A stretch of 64,000 bases of DNA, taken from positions 832,001 to 896,000 of the forward strand of contig CBDBHB010000008.1 of assembly GCA_965205505.1 (NCBI GenBank), written 5' to 3'. This stretch comes from Acidobacteriota bacterium (lineage in GTDB: Bacteria; Acidobacteriota; UBA890; WLXD01). Under the pieces are notes generated by a model. The model did not search any database. It had not been told where the DNA came from and saw nothing but the letters and a program-made list of their open reading frames with translations. Position 1 is the stretch's first letter. Every line of letters begins with the position of its first letter. Both the position numbers and the translations under genes were made by a program. Positions 41,171-50,224 of the stretch are shown here, in pieces.

Positions 41171-41830
41171 ATGATCGACGACACTGTGGACATTGACTTC
41201 GAACGCGCGCGCCGCCAACTTGTCGACACACTACGGAAACAGGGCATCCAGGATCGCCGCGCCCTCGAGGCGATCGCCCGCGTTCCACGCCACGAGTTCG
41301 TACAGTCGCGCTTCGAGCGCGAGGCGTACGGTAACTTCCCACTGCCGCTCGGGCACGGGCAAACCATCTCGCAGCCATACATCGTTGCGCTGATGACGGA
41401 GCTGCTCGACGCTTCACCTGGCGACCGCATCCTCGAGGTCGGTACCGGCAGCGGCTACCAGACGGCAGTGCTAGCGGAGCTCGGGTGCGAAGTCTACACG
41501 GTCGAGATCATCGAAGAGCTCGCCGATCGAGCGGCTGAAGTTCTGTCGCGGCTCGGTTACCGGAGCGTGCACCAGCTCGTCGGCGACGGAGCCCTCGGAT
41601 GGCCGGAGCACGCGCCCTTCGATGGGCTGATTGTCACCGCAGCTCCCTCCGTAGTACCCGAAGCCCTCATCGAGCAGGTCGGCGCCGGCAACCTGGTGGT
41701 GCCGGTGGGCGCGTCAGGGGCCACACAGAAGCTCGTACGGCTCGAGAAAGACCGCTCGGGGCATCTCATTCGACACGACATCGCCCCGGTGCGCTTCGTG
41801 CCGCTGGTCGGCCGGCCGCCGCATGACTAG
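41171..41830 (+). CDS. pcm: Protein-L-isoaspartate O-methyltransferase
   Basis: VPRHEFV, GQTISQPY, LEVGTGSGY, GWPEHAPFD, VRFVPL. Confidence 0.93.
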   Translation: MIDDTVDIDFERARRQLVDTLRKQGIQDRRALEAIARVPRHEFVQSRFEREAYGNFPLPLGHGQTISQPYIVALMTELLDASPGDRILEVGTGSGYQTAVLAELGCEVYTVEIIEELADRAAEVLSRLGYRSVHQLVGDGALGWPEHAPFDGLIVTAAPSVVPEALIEQVGAGNLVVPVGASGATQKLVRLEKDRSGHLIRHDIAPVRFVPLVGRPPHD

Positions 41831-42105
41831 TACTCCTGATCATAAGTACGGTGACGTTTGCAGGAGCGAGATGCGGGCGAGATCAAGGAAGGGTGAGGAA
41901 GGCGATGCCTTAGCCGTCCTCGACGAGCCCTGACGCCGAGATCGCCTGCATATCGCTCCTGCCCTCCGGGTGGCCGCGGGACCGGCCACCTTCGGCGTCG
42001 CGGCGCCTCGACGATACACCCAGCATCGCCCTCGTCGCCGCTCCTACAATTCGCCCCGGTCGCGCGCGCCACAAACGTCACTGTACTTATGATCAGGAGC
42101 ACTAG
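41827..42105. mobile_element. Complete 279-bp MITE with 34-bp terminal inverted repeats including CTAG
   Basis: CTAGTACTCCTGATCATAAGTACGGTGACGTTTG versus CAAACGTCACTGTACTTATGATCAGGAGCACTAG (two mismatches); internal hairpins; right half recurs at about 60500-60647. Confidence 0.9.
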
Positions 42106-42800
42106 GGGCCTGCCGCGTCGAGCATGGCGCGCGCCATGCGCGGTCCGGCGCCATCGTCTTCGTGCTTGAAGAACACGAAGGTCTCCGTCCAGTGCAAGGC
42201 TCGTATGCGGTCGCGCCACTCGTCCAGGGCGGCAGCGTCGTAATCAGTGCGACGGAGCCTCAGGTATCCCCAGCTCGCGGTAGCCACGAGCGGCACCTCC
42301 ACCTTCCCGCCGTCGGCAACTACGAGTGCCGCGTCAAATTCGCGCAGCGTCGCGTACACCTTGTCGTCGAACCAGGACTCGTTGCGAAACTCGAATGCCA
42401 CGCGGTCACCCTTCGGCACGCGCTCCAGGAAGGCTCGCAGCGCCTCGATGTCCTTCTTGGCGTACGGCGGCATCTGAACGAGGTGTGCACCCAGGCGCTC
42501 ACCGAGCTCCGCGGTGACACCGAAGAGATACTCGAGCAACTCGTCGTCGGCCCGCAGTCTGGAGAAGTGCGAGATCCGACGCGTTGCCTTGAGCACGAAG
42601 CGGAACTCCTCGGGCACAACCTGCAGCCACTTCGTGACCAGCTTCGCCGACGGCATGCGATAGAAGGTGTTGTTGATCTCCACGCTCGGCAGTTGCCCGG
42701 CGTAGTACTCCAACATTCGCGCGTCCGGAAGATCAGCGGGATAGAAGTTCCCCTTCCAAGCCTTGTATGAGAACCCGCTCGTTCCGGCCAGAATCTGCAT
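42102..42800 (-). CDS. DUF72 domain protein
   Basis: GTSGFSY..W...FYP, VEINNTFY, AFEFRNESW, YLRLR, FFKHE. Confidence 0.9.
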   Translation of the reverse strand: MQILAGTSGFSYKAWKGNFYPADLPDARMLEYYAGQLPSVEINNTFYRMPSAKLVTKWLQVVPEEFRFVLKATRRISHFSRLRADDELLEYLFGVTAELGERLGAHLVQMPPYAKKDIEALRAFLERVPKGDRVAFEFRNESWFDDKVYATLREFDAALVVADGGKVEVPLVATASWGYLRLRRTDYDAAALDEWRDRIRALHWTETFVFFKHEDDGAGPRMARAMLDAAGP

Positions 42801-42801
42801 C

Positions 42802-43446
42802 CTACGCCCAAGTGTCTCGTAAGCCATCGAAATCACGGATCGGCCAGCTCCCGCGATACAGCAGCACCATGCCCGCCATTTGAACCACATGGTACAGGTC
42901 GTTGTGATTGAAATGCCGGTGCAGGGCAACGCCGCTAGCCTGGATTGCGGCGGCGGCCAGGGTCACCAGGAGCCCCGCAACCAGCCAACCGGCTCCTGCC
43001 ACGCCCCGGTACATCTGAACCAGCTGCAATGCCAGCACCGCGGCGATCTGTGGAACGTAGTTGGCGATGACCCAGATGAAGTCATCGTGCCGCAACATCC
43101 AAGCCGCATACACGATGAGCTGGACGATTGCCATCACCAACAGAATCCGCCGCGGCCTGGCTCGCAACGACGCATGGGCGCTGGCGGCCAGAAACAGGAA
43201 CACCGTGGCACCGATGGCCAAGACAGTGAGCTTCCAAAGAAAGCTGTGGGCTCCAACTCCCAGATACGCTCCGAAACCGTGCGAAGTGCCTCCAGCGAAC
43301 GCGGCGAGGCCGATGCTCCAGAAGCTGACAGCGAACAATGTCCGCGCCCGCGACGCCGACGATTGCTTTAGCAGCCGTTTCCCCAGCCATACCGCGAGCA
43401 CCGCGAGCAAGTAGTCGGTGAGCGTCGTCATCGGGTCGACGATCAT
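42802..43446 (-). CDS. DUF6962-like membrane protein
   Basis: PMTTLTDYLL, GGTSHG, FNHNDLYHVVQM; about seven TM segments. Confidence 0.72.
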   Translation of the reverse strand: MIVDPMTTLTDYLLAVLAVWLGKRLLKQSSASRARTLFAVSFWSIGLAAFAGGTSHGFGAYLGVGAHSFLWKLTVLAIGATVFLFLAASAHASLRARPRRILLVMAIVQLIVYAAWMLRHDDFIWVIANYVPQIAAVLALQLVQMYRGVAGAGWLVAGLLVTLAAAAIQASGVALHRHFNHNDLYHVVQMAGMVLLYRGSWPIRDFDGLRDTWA

Positions 43447-43462
43447 GCGCCTCTTGTCTCCA

Positions 43463-45646
43463 TCACTCGTCCAGCGAGGCCCGCATGCGATCACCGGGCT
43501 GGGTGAGCTCGATCGCCCGCTGCCCATCGACCACCCGGCCGACCATCGGGAACTCGCCGGTAAGGTGAGGCTGCGCGGCATGGGCGACGAAGAACTGCGA
43601 ACGCGCGCTATCTCGACCTGCGTGTGCCAGCCCGACGCTGCCACGCACATACCCGATGGGCGAGTCTTCGTTGCGTAGCGCCGGCGCCAGTACTCCGTCA
43701 GGCGAGGCGCCACCTTGCGTCACGAACCCCGCGATCACTCGATCAAACCGACTGCCGTCGAAGAACCCGGCCGCCGTCAGATCGATCAGCTGGACGACGC
43801 TCAGCGGAGCCCAATCCGGACGCAGTTCGATTACCACCTCGCCGCGGTCGGTCTGAAGGTGTAGGCGGGTATCCTGCGACTGCAACCCGAGCACACGTTC
43901 CGCCAACTCGACGTAGATGGCGCGGTCGCGGCCGCTAGCATGCGGCGCCAGCAGCGCCTCGATATCCCGCAATACGCTCCGCGTCTCAGGACCACGACCG
44001 AGGTCGTCGAGGGCCGCGAATCGAACGAAACGATCAGGCTCATCGCGAATTAGCGAGAGACGTCGCATCAGCAACTCATGCCCGATCGCCGAGAGGGCAC
44101 GTAGCGCCGCTAACCGCGGCCCGCGCCTCTCAGAGCCCCGCTGATCGAAGTAGCGCCGCCACAGCCGATCGGCCATCTCCGCCTGCAGCTGCGGATCGTC
44201 GTGAAAAAAGGCCGCCTTATGGTGGCGGGCGATCAGGTCGAGCGCTTCTTCCTCGAGGTCTCCGTCGACCAAATCAAACGCCATCCGATAGGCTTCCTCC
44301 GGTGCCCGATCCTCCAGCTCGGCCAAGAGCGCTGCGCGCACTGGCCGCGGGCCGGAGCGCAGCAGGGCCGCAGCGAGCGACTGATCCGCAAGCTCCTCCG
44401 AACGCGACAGGGCCCGCGCGAACCAGACCGCCTCGAGGCGAAACTGATCGAGGTATTCGAGCACCACCGCATCCGTATCGGTTGCGTTCTCAATTCCAAC
44501 GCGGCGACGGGTTCGGGAAACCACCTCCTCGAGGAGCTTGCCAGAGGCCCCCACCAGACCTTGAATCGCCGCCAGTCGAACGCTCTCGGCTCCCTCACCC
44601 AATGCCTCGAGCAAGCGATCGGAAGCAACGCCTCGGCTCGAGACGGTTGCCCCCAGGGCACGGAGGGCACAGCTGCGAACGTGCAGGTCCCGATCGAGCG
44701 AACGTCGCAAGACCGCCACGAACGCATCGTCGCCGGCCGCGCCCGCCTCGCCCTCCCAGGTCGTCTCCAGCCAGGCCAGAGCTTCACACTGCAAGCGGCG
44801 ATCACGCGTGTCCAGCAAGCGGACGGCATTGGACTCCGCCACATGCTGCGGAGCGCCGCGCAGACCGCGCACTGCCATCAAGCGCACCTCGGTGTCGGGA
44901 TCATCGATCAGCGGCATCAACTGCGGCAGCGCGTTGGGATCGGTGAGACGGCGGAGCGCATGCGCTGCCGCCAGACGGACGGTGGCGACCGGCCAGCCCG
45001 TGAAGGGGCGTATGGCATCCGCGGCGGCACCGGCCAAGCGCCACCAGCTGTTGAGCATCGCCGCCAGCACCGCCGGATTCGGGTGCGTCTCCGGCGTGCT
45101 TTGGCCGGCGCGCAGTAGCCAGCCGGCCACCGCTGTCGCAGCATCGCCGTCGACGATGCCCAGCGCCCACGCAGCTTGTTCCGCGACTAGGCTGGCCGGC
45201 TCGTCGAGCAACGGCAGCAGAGCGTCACGCGCGCGCGTACGCTCAGCGTCCTCCGTATCCACGGCGAGGTCGTACTCCAGGCGTCCGAGAGCGAACGCCG
45301 CGGCGGCGCGAACCACCGTTGCAGGATCGCGGGTGAGCTCGATCAGGCGGGACAGTAAGCGTGGCGAACCGACCCGGCCGATAGCGAGAGCCGTCCGCGA
45401 TCGCATCGCGGCATCCGGCGACGCGGCCAAGTCGAGGAGGCCTTCGGCGGCATAGCGTCGGTCCTCGGACTCGAGGATCAACGCAGCCGCTTCCACCGCC
45501 GCTGGCAACGGGGGCGGCCAGGCAACCTCGCCGCCGACCGATTCGTCTCCGGCACCGGGCTGCTGAAGGCCACCCGATCCTGCACCCATGGAAACGGCCA
45601 CCAGCGCGAGCACCCCGAGCAAGCGCATCATTCGGTCGCCGCCCAC
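43463..45646 (-). CDS. HEAT-repeat protein with a C-terminal cyclophilin-like PPIase domain
   Basis: Signal peptide, VR.AAA.ALG repeats, TDRGEVVIEL..DWAP, FDRVIAGFVTQGG, SQFFV...PHL. Confidence 0.82.
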   Translation of the reverse strand: MGGDRMMRLLGVLALVAVSMGAGSGGLQQPGAGDESVGGEVAWPPPLPAAVEAAALILESEDRRYAAEGLLDLAASPDAAMRSRTALAIGRVGSPRLLSRLIELTRDPATVVRAAAAFALGRLEYDLAVDTEDAERTRARDALLPLLDEPASLVAEQAAWALGIVDGDAATAVAGWLLRAGQSTPETHPNPAVLAAMLNSWWRLAGAAADAIRPFTGWPVATVRLAAAHALRRLTDPNALPQLMPLIDDPDTEVRLMAVRGLRGAPQHVAESNAVRLLDTRDRRLQCEALAWLETTWEGEAGAAGDDAFVAVLRRSLDRDLHVRSCALRALGATVSSRGVASDRLLEALGEGAESVRLAAIQGLVGASGKLLEEVVSRTRRRVGIENATDTDAVVLEYLDQFRLEAVWFARALSRSEELADQSLAAALLRSGPRPVRAALLAELEDRAPEEAYRMAFDLVDGDLEEEALDLIARHHKAAFFHDDPQLQAEMADRLWRRYFDQRGSERRGPRLAALRALSAIGHELLMRRLSLIRDEPDRFVRFAALDDLGRGPETRSVLRDIEALLAPHASGRDRAIYVELAERVLGLQSQDTRLHLQTDRGEVVIELRPDWAPLSVVQLIDLTAAGFFDGSRFDRVIAGFVTQGGASPDGVLAPALRNEDSPIGYVRGSVGLAHAGRDSARSQFFVAHAAQPHLTGEFPMVGRVVDGQRAIELTQPGDRMRASLDE

Positions 45647-46449
45647 CCGGAAGCCGACAGCGCGGCGCGAAGTCGCTTTGCGAGCCCTCCGACGGTGCGC
45701 CGTCGTCGTCCGACAGCACCTACCGGCATTGCTCCGATGAGGCTATTCACCAGCATCACCTCGTCGGCTTCCACCAAGTCGGCCTCCCGCAGCCGGCCCT
45801 CGACGACCAGGCCGCTCTCGAGCAGGCGTCGTCGGACGGTGCCCGGCAGACAGCCTTCGTCGAGCGGCGGTGTCAGCACGCGGCCACCCACTCGGGCGAT
45901 CACGTTGCTCCTGCTTCCCTCGGCTACTCCACCTCGCCGATTGAGCAGGATCGCTTCGAACGCGTCCTGTTCGGATGCCATCGCAAGCGCCATCGACTGA
46001 CGCTGCCACGAGATCGACTTCACCTGCCGGAGCGGGTCCCGTTCGTCCACCGTAAACTCCCGAGCGACGACGACTGCCACTCCTGCATCGTATGCGGCGG
46101 CTGCCGGCGGTGAATAGGAAGCAGCCGTCGCCAACCGAGTGGGACCAAGATCGGGACTCCCTCGCGTCACGGTGACTCGCAGCCGCGCGACCGGCTGCGG
46201 CGCCGCCGCCGCCACCGCGTCGATGGCAGCACGCAGCTCATCGCGACTTTCGGGAATCGACAGCCGAATCCGCTCGAGGCCATCGAACAAGCGGTCCAGG
46301 TGTGCCTCAACATCCAGCGGTTGGCGGCAATCGACGCGCAGCGTCTCAAAGAGACCGTCGCCAACCAGGAAACCGGCGTCGTTACACTCGATGCGAGCAT
46401 GCTCGCCGGCGATCAGCGCACCGTTGAGATAGGTGCGGAGCTCAACCAA
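45628..46449 (-). CDS. Class IV aminotransferase family (aminodeoxychorismate lyase-like); start approximate
   Basis: DAGFLVGDGLFETLR, HLDRL, EGSRSN, LPGTVR; lies downstream of the pabA/pabB-like genes. Confidence 0.82.
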   Translation of the reverse strand: MVELRTYLNGALIAGEHARIECNDAGFLVGDGLFETLRVDCRQPLDVEAHLDRLFDGLERIRLSIPESRDELRAAIDAVAAAAPQPVARLRVTVTRGSPDLGPTRLATAASYSPPAAAAYDAGVAVVVAREFTVDERDPLRQVKSISWQRQSMALAMASEQDAFEAILLNRRGGVAEGSRSNVIARVGGRVLTPPLDEGCLPGTVRRRLLESGLVVEGRLREADLVEADEVMLVNSLIGAMPVGAVGRRRRTVGGLAKRLRAALSASGWAATE

Positions 46450-47854
46450 CTCCCAACGCCTGTAGAAAGGCCTGCGCCTTCGCCATCGTCTCCTCGCGCT
46501 CGGCCCGCGGATCGGAGTCCGCCACGATGCCGCCGCCGGCATGGTAGTCGACACGATCTGCAGTCACGACTGCGGTGCGTATCGCCACGGACAGTTCCAT
46601 ATCTCCGTCGGTGTCAATCCAGCCGATCGCCCCCATAGCCGGCCCGCGGCGACGCGGCTCCTCGGCGGCCGATACCTTCATGGCCTGAATCTTCGGGGCC
46701 CCGGTGATCGATCCCGGAGGGAACGTGGCCCGTAGCAGGTCTGTGGGCCCGATGTCAGGTCGCAGCCGAGCCGCCACACGAGCCACCGTGTGAATCACGG
46801 TGGGGAGCACCATCGGGGCAGCGAATTCATGCACGACGACGCTACCCGGCACGCTAACTCGGCCCAGGTCGTTGCGTACCAGATCGACGATCATGGCCAG
46901 CTCAGCGGCGTCTTTCTCGCTGTCTTGCAGAGCTGCGATCACGGCAGCGTCCCGGGTCGGATCAGGGCGTGGTCGCGTCCCTTTGATGGGATGGCTCTCT
47001 ACCGCTCGACCGCGCAGCTTGAGAAAACACTCGGGGCTGACCGACAGCACCGCAGCGTCGGGCAGCTGCAGGTAGGCACCGTACTCCGCCGGACTGGCCG
47101 CTCGAAGCCGCCCGTAGAGTTCCCAAGCATCACCTAGCGACCACGGCGCCGCGAAACGACGGCACAGGTTGGTCTCGAAGATCTCGCCGGCACGAATCCG
47201 CTCCAACGTGCGCCGCACGGCCGCTTCGAAGCCCGGCCCGTCAGGCTCGCTCGACACGCTCGTCGGGGCCGCCGGCCCGCCATCCCGGCTGTCGACCTCG
47301 GCGGCCTCGCAGAGACGCTTCTCGACCCGTGACTGCAACATCTCCATACGCCCACCGACGGCCGCGCCGATCAGGCGCCATTGCTCGCCGCGCCCCTCGA
47401 GCCAGGCGGTGTAAATGCCCAGGTGCATGTCCGGCACTGCAGCATCCGCAGCCGGGAGAGTCGGCAACTCCTCCAGCAGCGCAGCGAGCTCATAGCCGAG
47501 GAAGCCGAACAGGCGCGTTCCCGCGGGAAGCACGCCGAGCAACGCCTCGACAGCACCGAACGCGTCCACTGGCAGGCGCACTTTTTGGGCGTCGTGGCGC
47601 AACGTCGTCGACGAGCCGTGCGCAGACAGGACCGCCACCGGTTCGATGGCGAACAGGGTGCGCCCCGGCCCGGCCCCGTCGAGCCATACGAACCCGGGCT
47701 CATCATGCAACGCATCGGCGAGGCGAACCGCCGAGCACTCGGCGCGCAGCGCAATGCTCGCCACTGTGCCGCGTTGTTCCAAGACCGGCAATCGATCCAG
47801 CAACATCGACCGCGTGGCTGCCAGAGCCTCGGCGGCGGGCTTATCCGACCACAC
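46442..47854 (-). CDS. pabB: Aminodeoxychorismate/anthranilate synthase component I (PabB-like)
   Basis: SPECFL, PIKGTRPR, MIVDLVRNDLG, FPPGSITGAPK, AIRT. Confidence 0.8.
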   Translation of the reverse strand: MWSDKPAAEALAATRSMLLDRLPVLEQRGTVASIALRAECSAVRLADALHDEPGFVWLDGAGPGRTLFAIEPVAVLSAHGSSTTLRHDAQKVRLPVDAFGAVEALLGVLPAGTRLFGFLGYELAALLEELPTLPAADAAVPDMHLGIYTAWLEGRGEQWRLIGAAVGGRMEMLQSRVEKRLCEAAEVDSRDGGPAAPTSVSSEPDGPGFEAAVRRTLERIRAGEIFETNLCRRFAAPWSLGDAWELYGRLRAASPAEYGAYLQLPDAAVLSVSPECFLKLRGRAVESHPIKGTRPRPDPTRDAAVIAALQDSEKDAAELAMIVDLVRNDLGRVSVPGSVVVHEFAAPMVLPTVIHTVARVAARLRPDIGPTDLLRATFPPGSITGAPKIQAMKVSAAEEPRRRGPAMGAIGWIDTDGDMELSVAIRTAVVTADRVDYHAGGGIVADSDPRAEREETMAKAQAFLQALGVG

Positions 47855-48425
47855 CCGCCCCGTCCAGGAAGTTCGCGAGCACGCGGTCGCCCGCGTCCGT
47901 TAGGAACGACTCGGGGTGAAAGAGCACGCCCTCGGCCGGCCGATCAACCATCCGGCATCCCATGATGATATTCTCGCAGTCGCTGGTCGCCGTGACCTCC
48001 AAGCGATGATCGACGCTGCCCGGATCAACAACCAGCGAGTGGTAGAGGCCCACGAGCAACGGGCTCGGCAGCCCGCGTAGCACCCCGGCGCCGCGATGGC
48101 GAACCAAACGTCTCTTGCCGTGCATGGGTACGCCGGAGGGCTCCACACGAGCGCCCGCCGCGACCGCGATGACCTGCATTCCAAGGCATACGCCGAGGGT
48201 GGGCACTCGCCCAGACAGGCCGGCGACCACTTCCGAACAGACGCCGGTCCGGTCCGGGCCGAAAGGACCTGGCGATAACACGATGCGATCCGGCTGTAAG
48301 GCCGCAACTTCATCGAGCGTGACGGCATCCGACCGGCACACAGTGCACTCGGCCCCCTGCGCGGACATCATCTGCACCAGGTTCCAGGTGAAGGAATCGT
48401 AGTTGTCAAGAACCAGTACGTGCAC
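47841..48425 (-). CDS. pabA: Glutamine amidotransferase component II (PabA/TrpG)
   Basis: DNYDSFTWNL, SPGP, GVCLG, FHPES. Confidence 0.85.
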   Translation of the reverse strand: MHVLVLDNYDSFTWNLVQMMSAQGAECTVCRSDAVTLDEVAALQPDRIVLSPGPFGPDRTGVCSEVVAGLSGRVPTLGVCLGMQVIAVAAGARVEPSGVPMHGKRRLVRHRGAGVLRGLPSPLLVGLYHSLVVDPGSVDHRLEVTATSDCENIIMGCRMVDRPAEGVLFHPESFLTDAGDRVLANFLDGAGVVG

Positions 48426-48431
48426 AGGACA

Positions 48432-49763
48432 CTAACCCAGCCAACCAGAGAGTAGCGTCATCAGGACCGCCACCGGGACCACGTAGCGCACCCAGAAGAA
48501 CCACGCGTTGATCCACCTCGGCACCACGCCCGCCTCCTCCAGCTGTCGACGTACCGACGGCAAGCCCAGCCCCCAGGCCAGGGCCACGACGGCGGCCACG
48601 CTGCCCACCGGTTGCATCGTCGAGCCCCACAAGAGGTCGCTCCAGACGATGTAGTCGAGCGACAGCATCGCCGGCAGCCCCGCCACGACGAGCAACGCCG
48701 AGATCGCCCACGCCGAACGGCTGCGGCTCCAGCCACGAGAGTCGGCCAATGATCCGACCAGCACTTCGACCGCGGCTACACCGGACAGGAAGGCGATACA
48801 CAGGAGGCCGAGGAAGAACAGGGCACCGAAGATGGGTCCGGCCGGCATGGCGACGAACGCGGCCGGCATGACCTCGAAGAGCAGCGGCGGACCGGTCGCC
48901 GGTGACAGCCCGTAGGCGAACGCGACCGGTATGACTACCAGCGCCGCCAGGATGCTGGCTGCGACGTCGCCTACCGCGGTGGAGATCACCCGCCGAGGCA
49001 ACGGCGCGTCGGGAGGCAGATAGGAACCGTAGATCACCAAGAACGTTCCACCGAGTCCAAGAGAAAAGTACGCTTGCCCAACCGCGGCCATCACCGCCAA
49101 CGGCGTAAGCGCCCGCCAGTCGAAGGTAAACAGATAGCGGAATCCTTCGGCCGCCCCCGGCAGCGACAGCGACCATGCGACGAGACCGAGGGTAAGCACA
49201 CCGAACACCGGCAGGACAAAGCTACTGATGCGCTCGATACCCTGGCGAACGCCCTTGGATACGACCGCCGCCGCCGCGGCACCAACTACCGCCGAGCACA
49301 GCATCTGTACCGGCCATCGGGCATGCAGGGCGGCAAAGGTCTCGGTCGACAGCTCGTTGAAGCCGACGGCCCAGCCCAATGACATCACGAGGTAGGCCAG
49401 CAACCACCCAAGCACCACGAGGTAGTAGGTCATCGCCATCGCGACGCCAACGAACAATAGGTGCCCGATCGGCCGCCCGGCCGGAATCCCGGCACGAACG
49501 AACGCCTCGACCGGCCCCCGACCTGTAGCTCGCCCCAGCGTGAGCTCGGCGAGCAGCGCCGGAACACCCACCACGACGACGATGAGCAGGTAGATCGCGA
49601 GAAACGCTCCTCCGCCGAACATGCCCATCATGTAAGGGAAGCGCCAGAAGTTGCCGAGGCCAATCGACACCCCCAGCAGGGCGAAGATCATTCCCCAGCC
49701 GGACGAGAAGGTCTCGCGCCCCGCCGCGTCTGCCGGGGCCGGCCCGCTACCGTCGGGAGCCAT
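48432..49763 (-). CDS. Sodium-dependent transporter, NSS/SNF family
   Basis: IGLGNFWRFPY...GGGAF, GQAYFSLGLG..YGSY. Confidence 0.92.
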   Translation of the reverse strand: MAPDGSGPAPADAAGRETFSSGWGMIFALLGVSIGLGNFWRFPYMMGMFGGGAFLAIYLLIVVVVGVPALLAELTLGRATGRGPVEAFVRAGIPAGRPIGHLLFVGVAMAMTYYLVVLGWLLAYLVMSLGWAVGFNELSTETFAALHARWPVQMLCSAVVGAAAAAVVSKGVRQGIERISSFVLPVFGVLTLGLVAWSLSLPGAAEGFRYLFTFDWRALTPLAVMAAVGQAYFSLGLGGTFLVIYGSYLPPDAPLPRRVISTAVGDVAASILAALVVIPVAFAYGLSPATGPPLLFEVMPAAFVAMPAGPIFGALFFLGLLCIAFLSGVAAVEVLVGSLADSRGWSRSRSAWAISALLVVAGLPAMLSLDYIVWSDLLWGSTMQPVGSVAAVVALAWGLGLPSVRRQLEEAGVVPRWINAWFFWVRYVVPVAVLMTLLSGWLG

Positions 49764-50107
49764 TCACTCGTCGCGCCGAACAGCTCCGTCGGTCAATAGC
49801 CGCGTAGCACAGACTCAACACGCTCGATCGGGGCGGCACGTCGCTGTCGGAATACGGGGTGGGCAGGCTCCAGAACCCAGAAGTATCCCATAGCAGGCCG
49901 TGGTGGAAGTGTGGCTGGTCTGGCGACAGGGTTTTGCGGGCGGAGGCAAGGAGAGAGGAGGAAACGATGGTTACCCCATCGTCGACGACGAACGACGTAG
50001 CATACGCGCGCAACCCCCTATCGCCCAAAGGGTTACGGCAACCAGGCCCGCCACACTGCCACCACGGCCTGCTAGGAGCCGCTTTCCATCCGTGCGGCCA
50101 CATGTGG

Positions 50108-50224
50108 TCATGAATATCTTATTACATGGTTAACAGAACAATATTGCTTTATTAGATTTCTTTAATCCATTATAGCAACGTATACTATTTAATAATAATT
50201 GTTAATAGTCAATAGAGTGTTATC
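50108..50224. promoter_or_regulatory. Very AT-rich divergent promoter region
   Basis: Abrupt AT-rich tract upstream of the GGDEF/HD-GYP gene. Confidence 0.5.
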
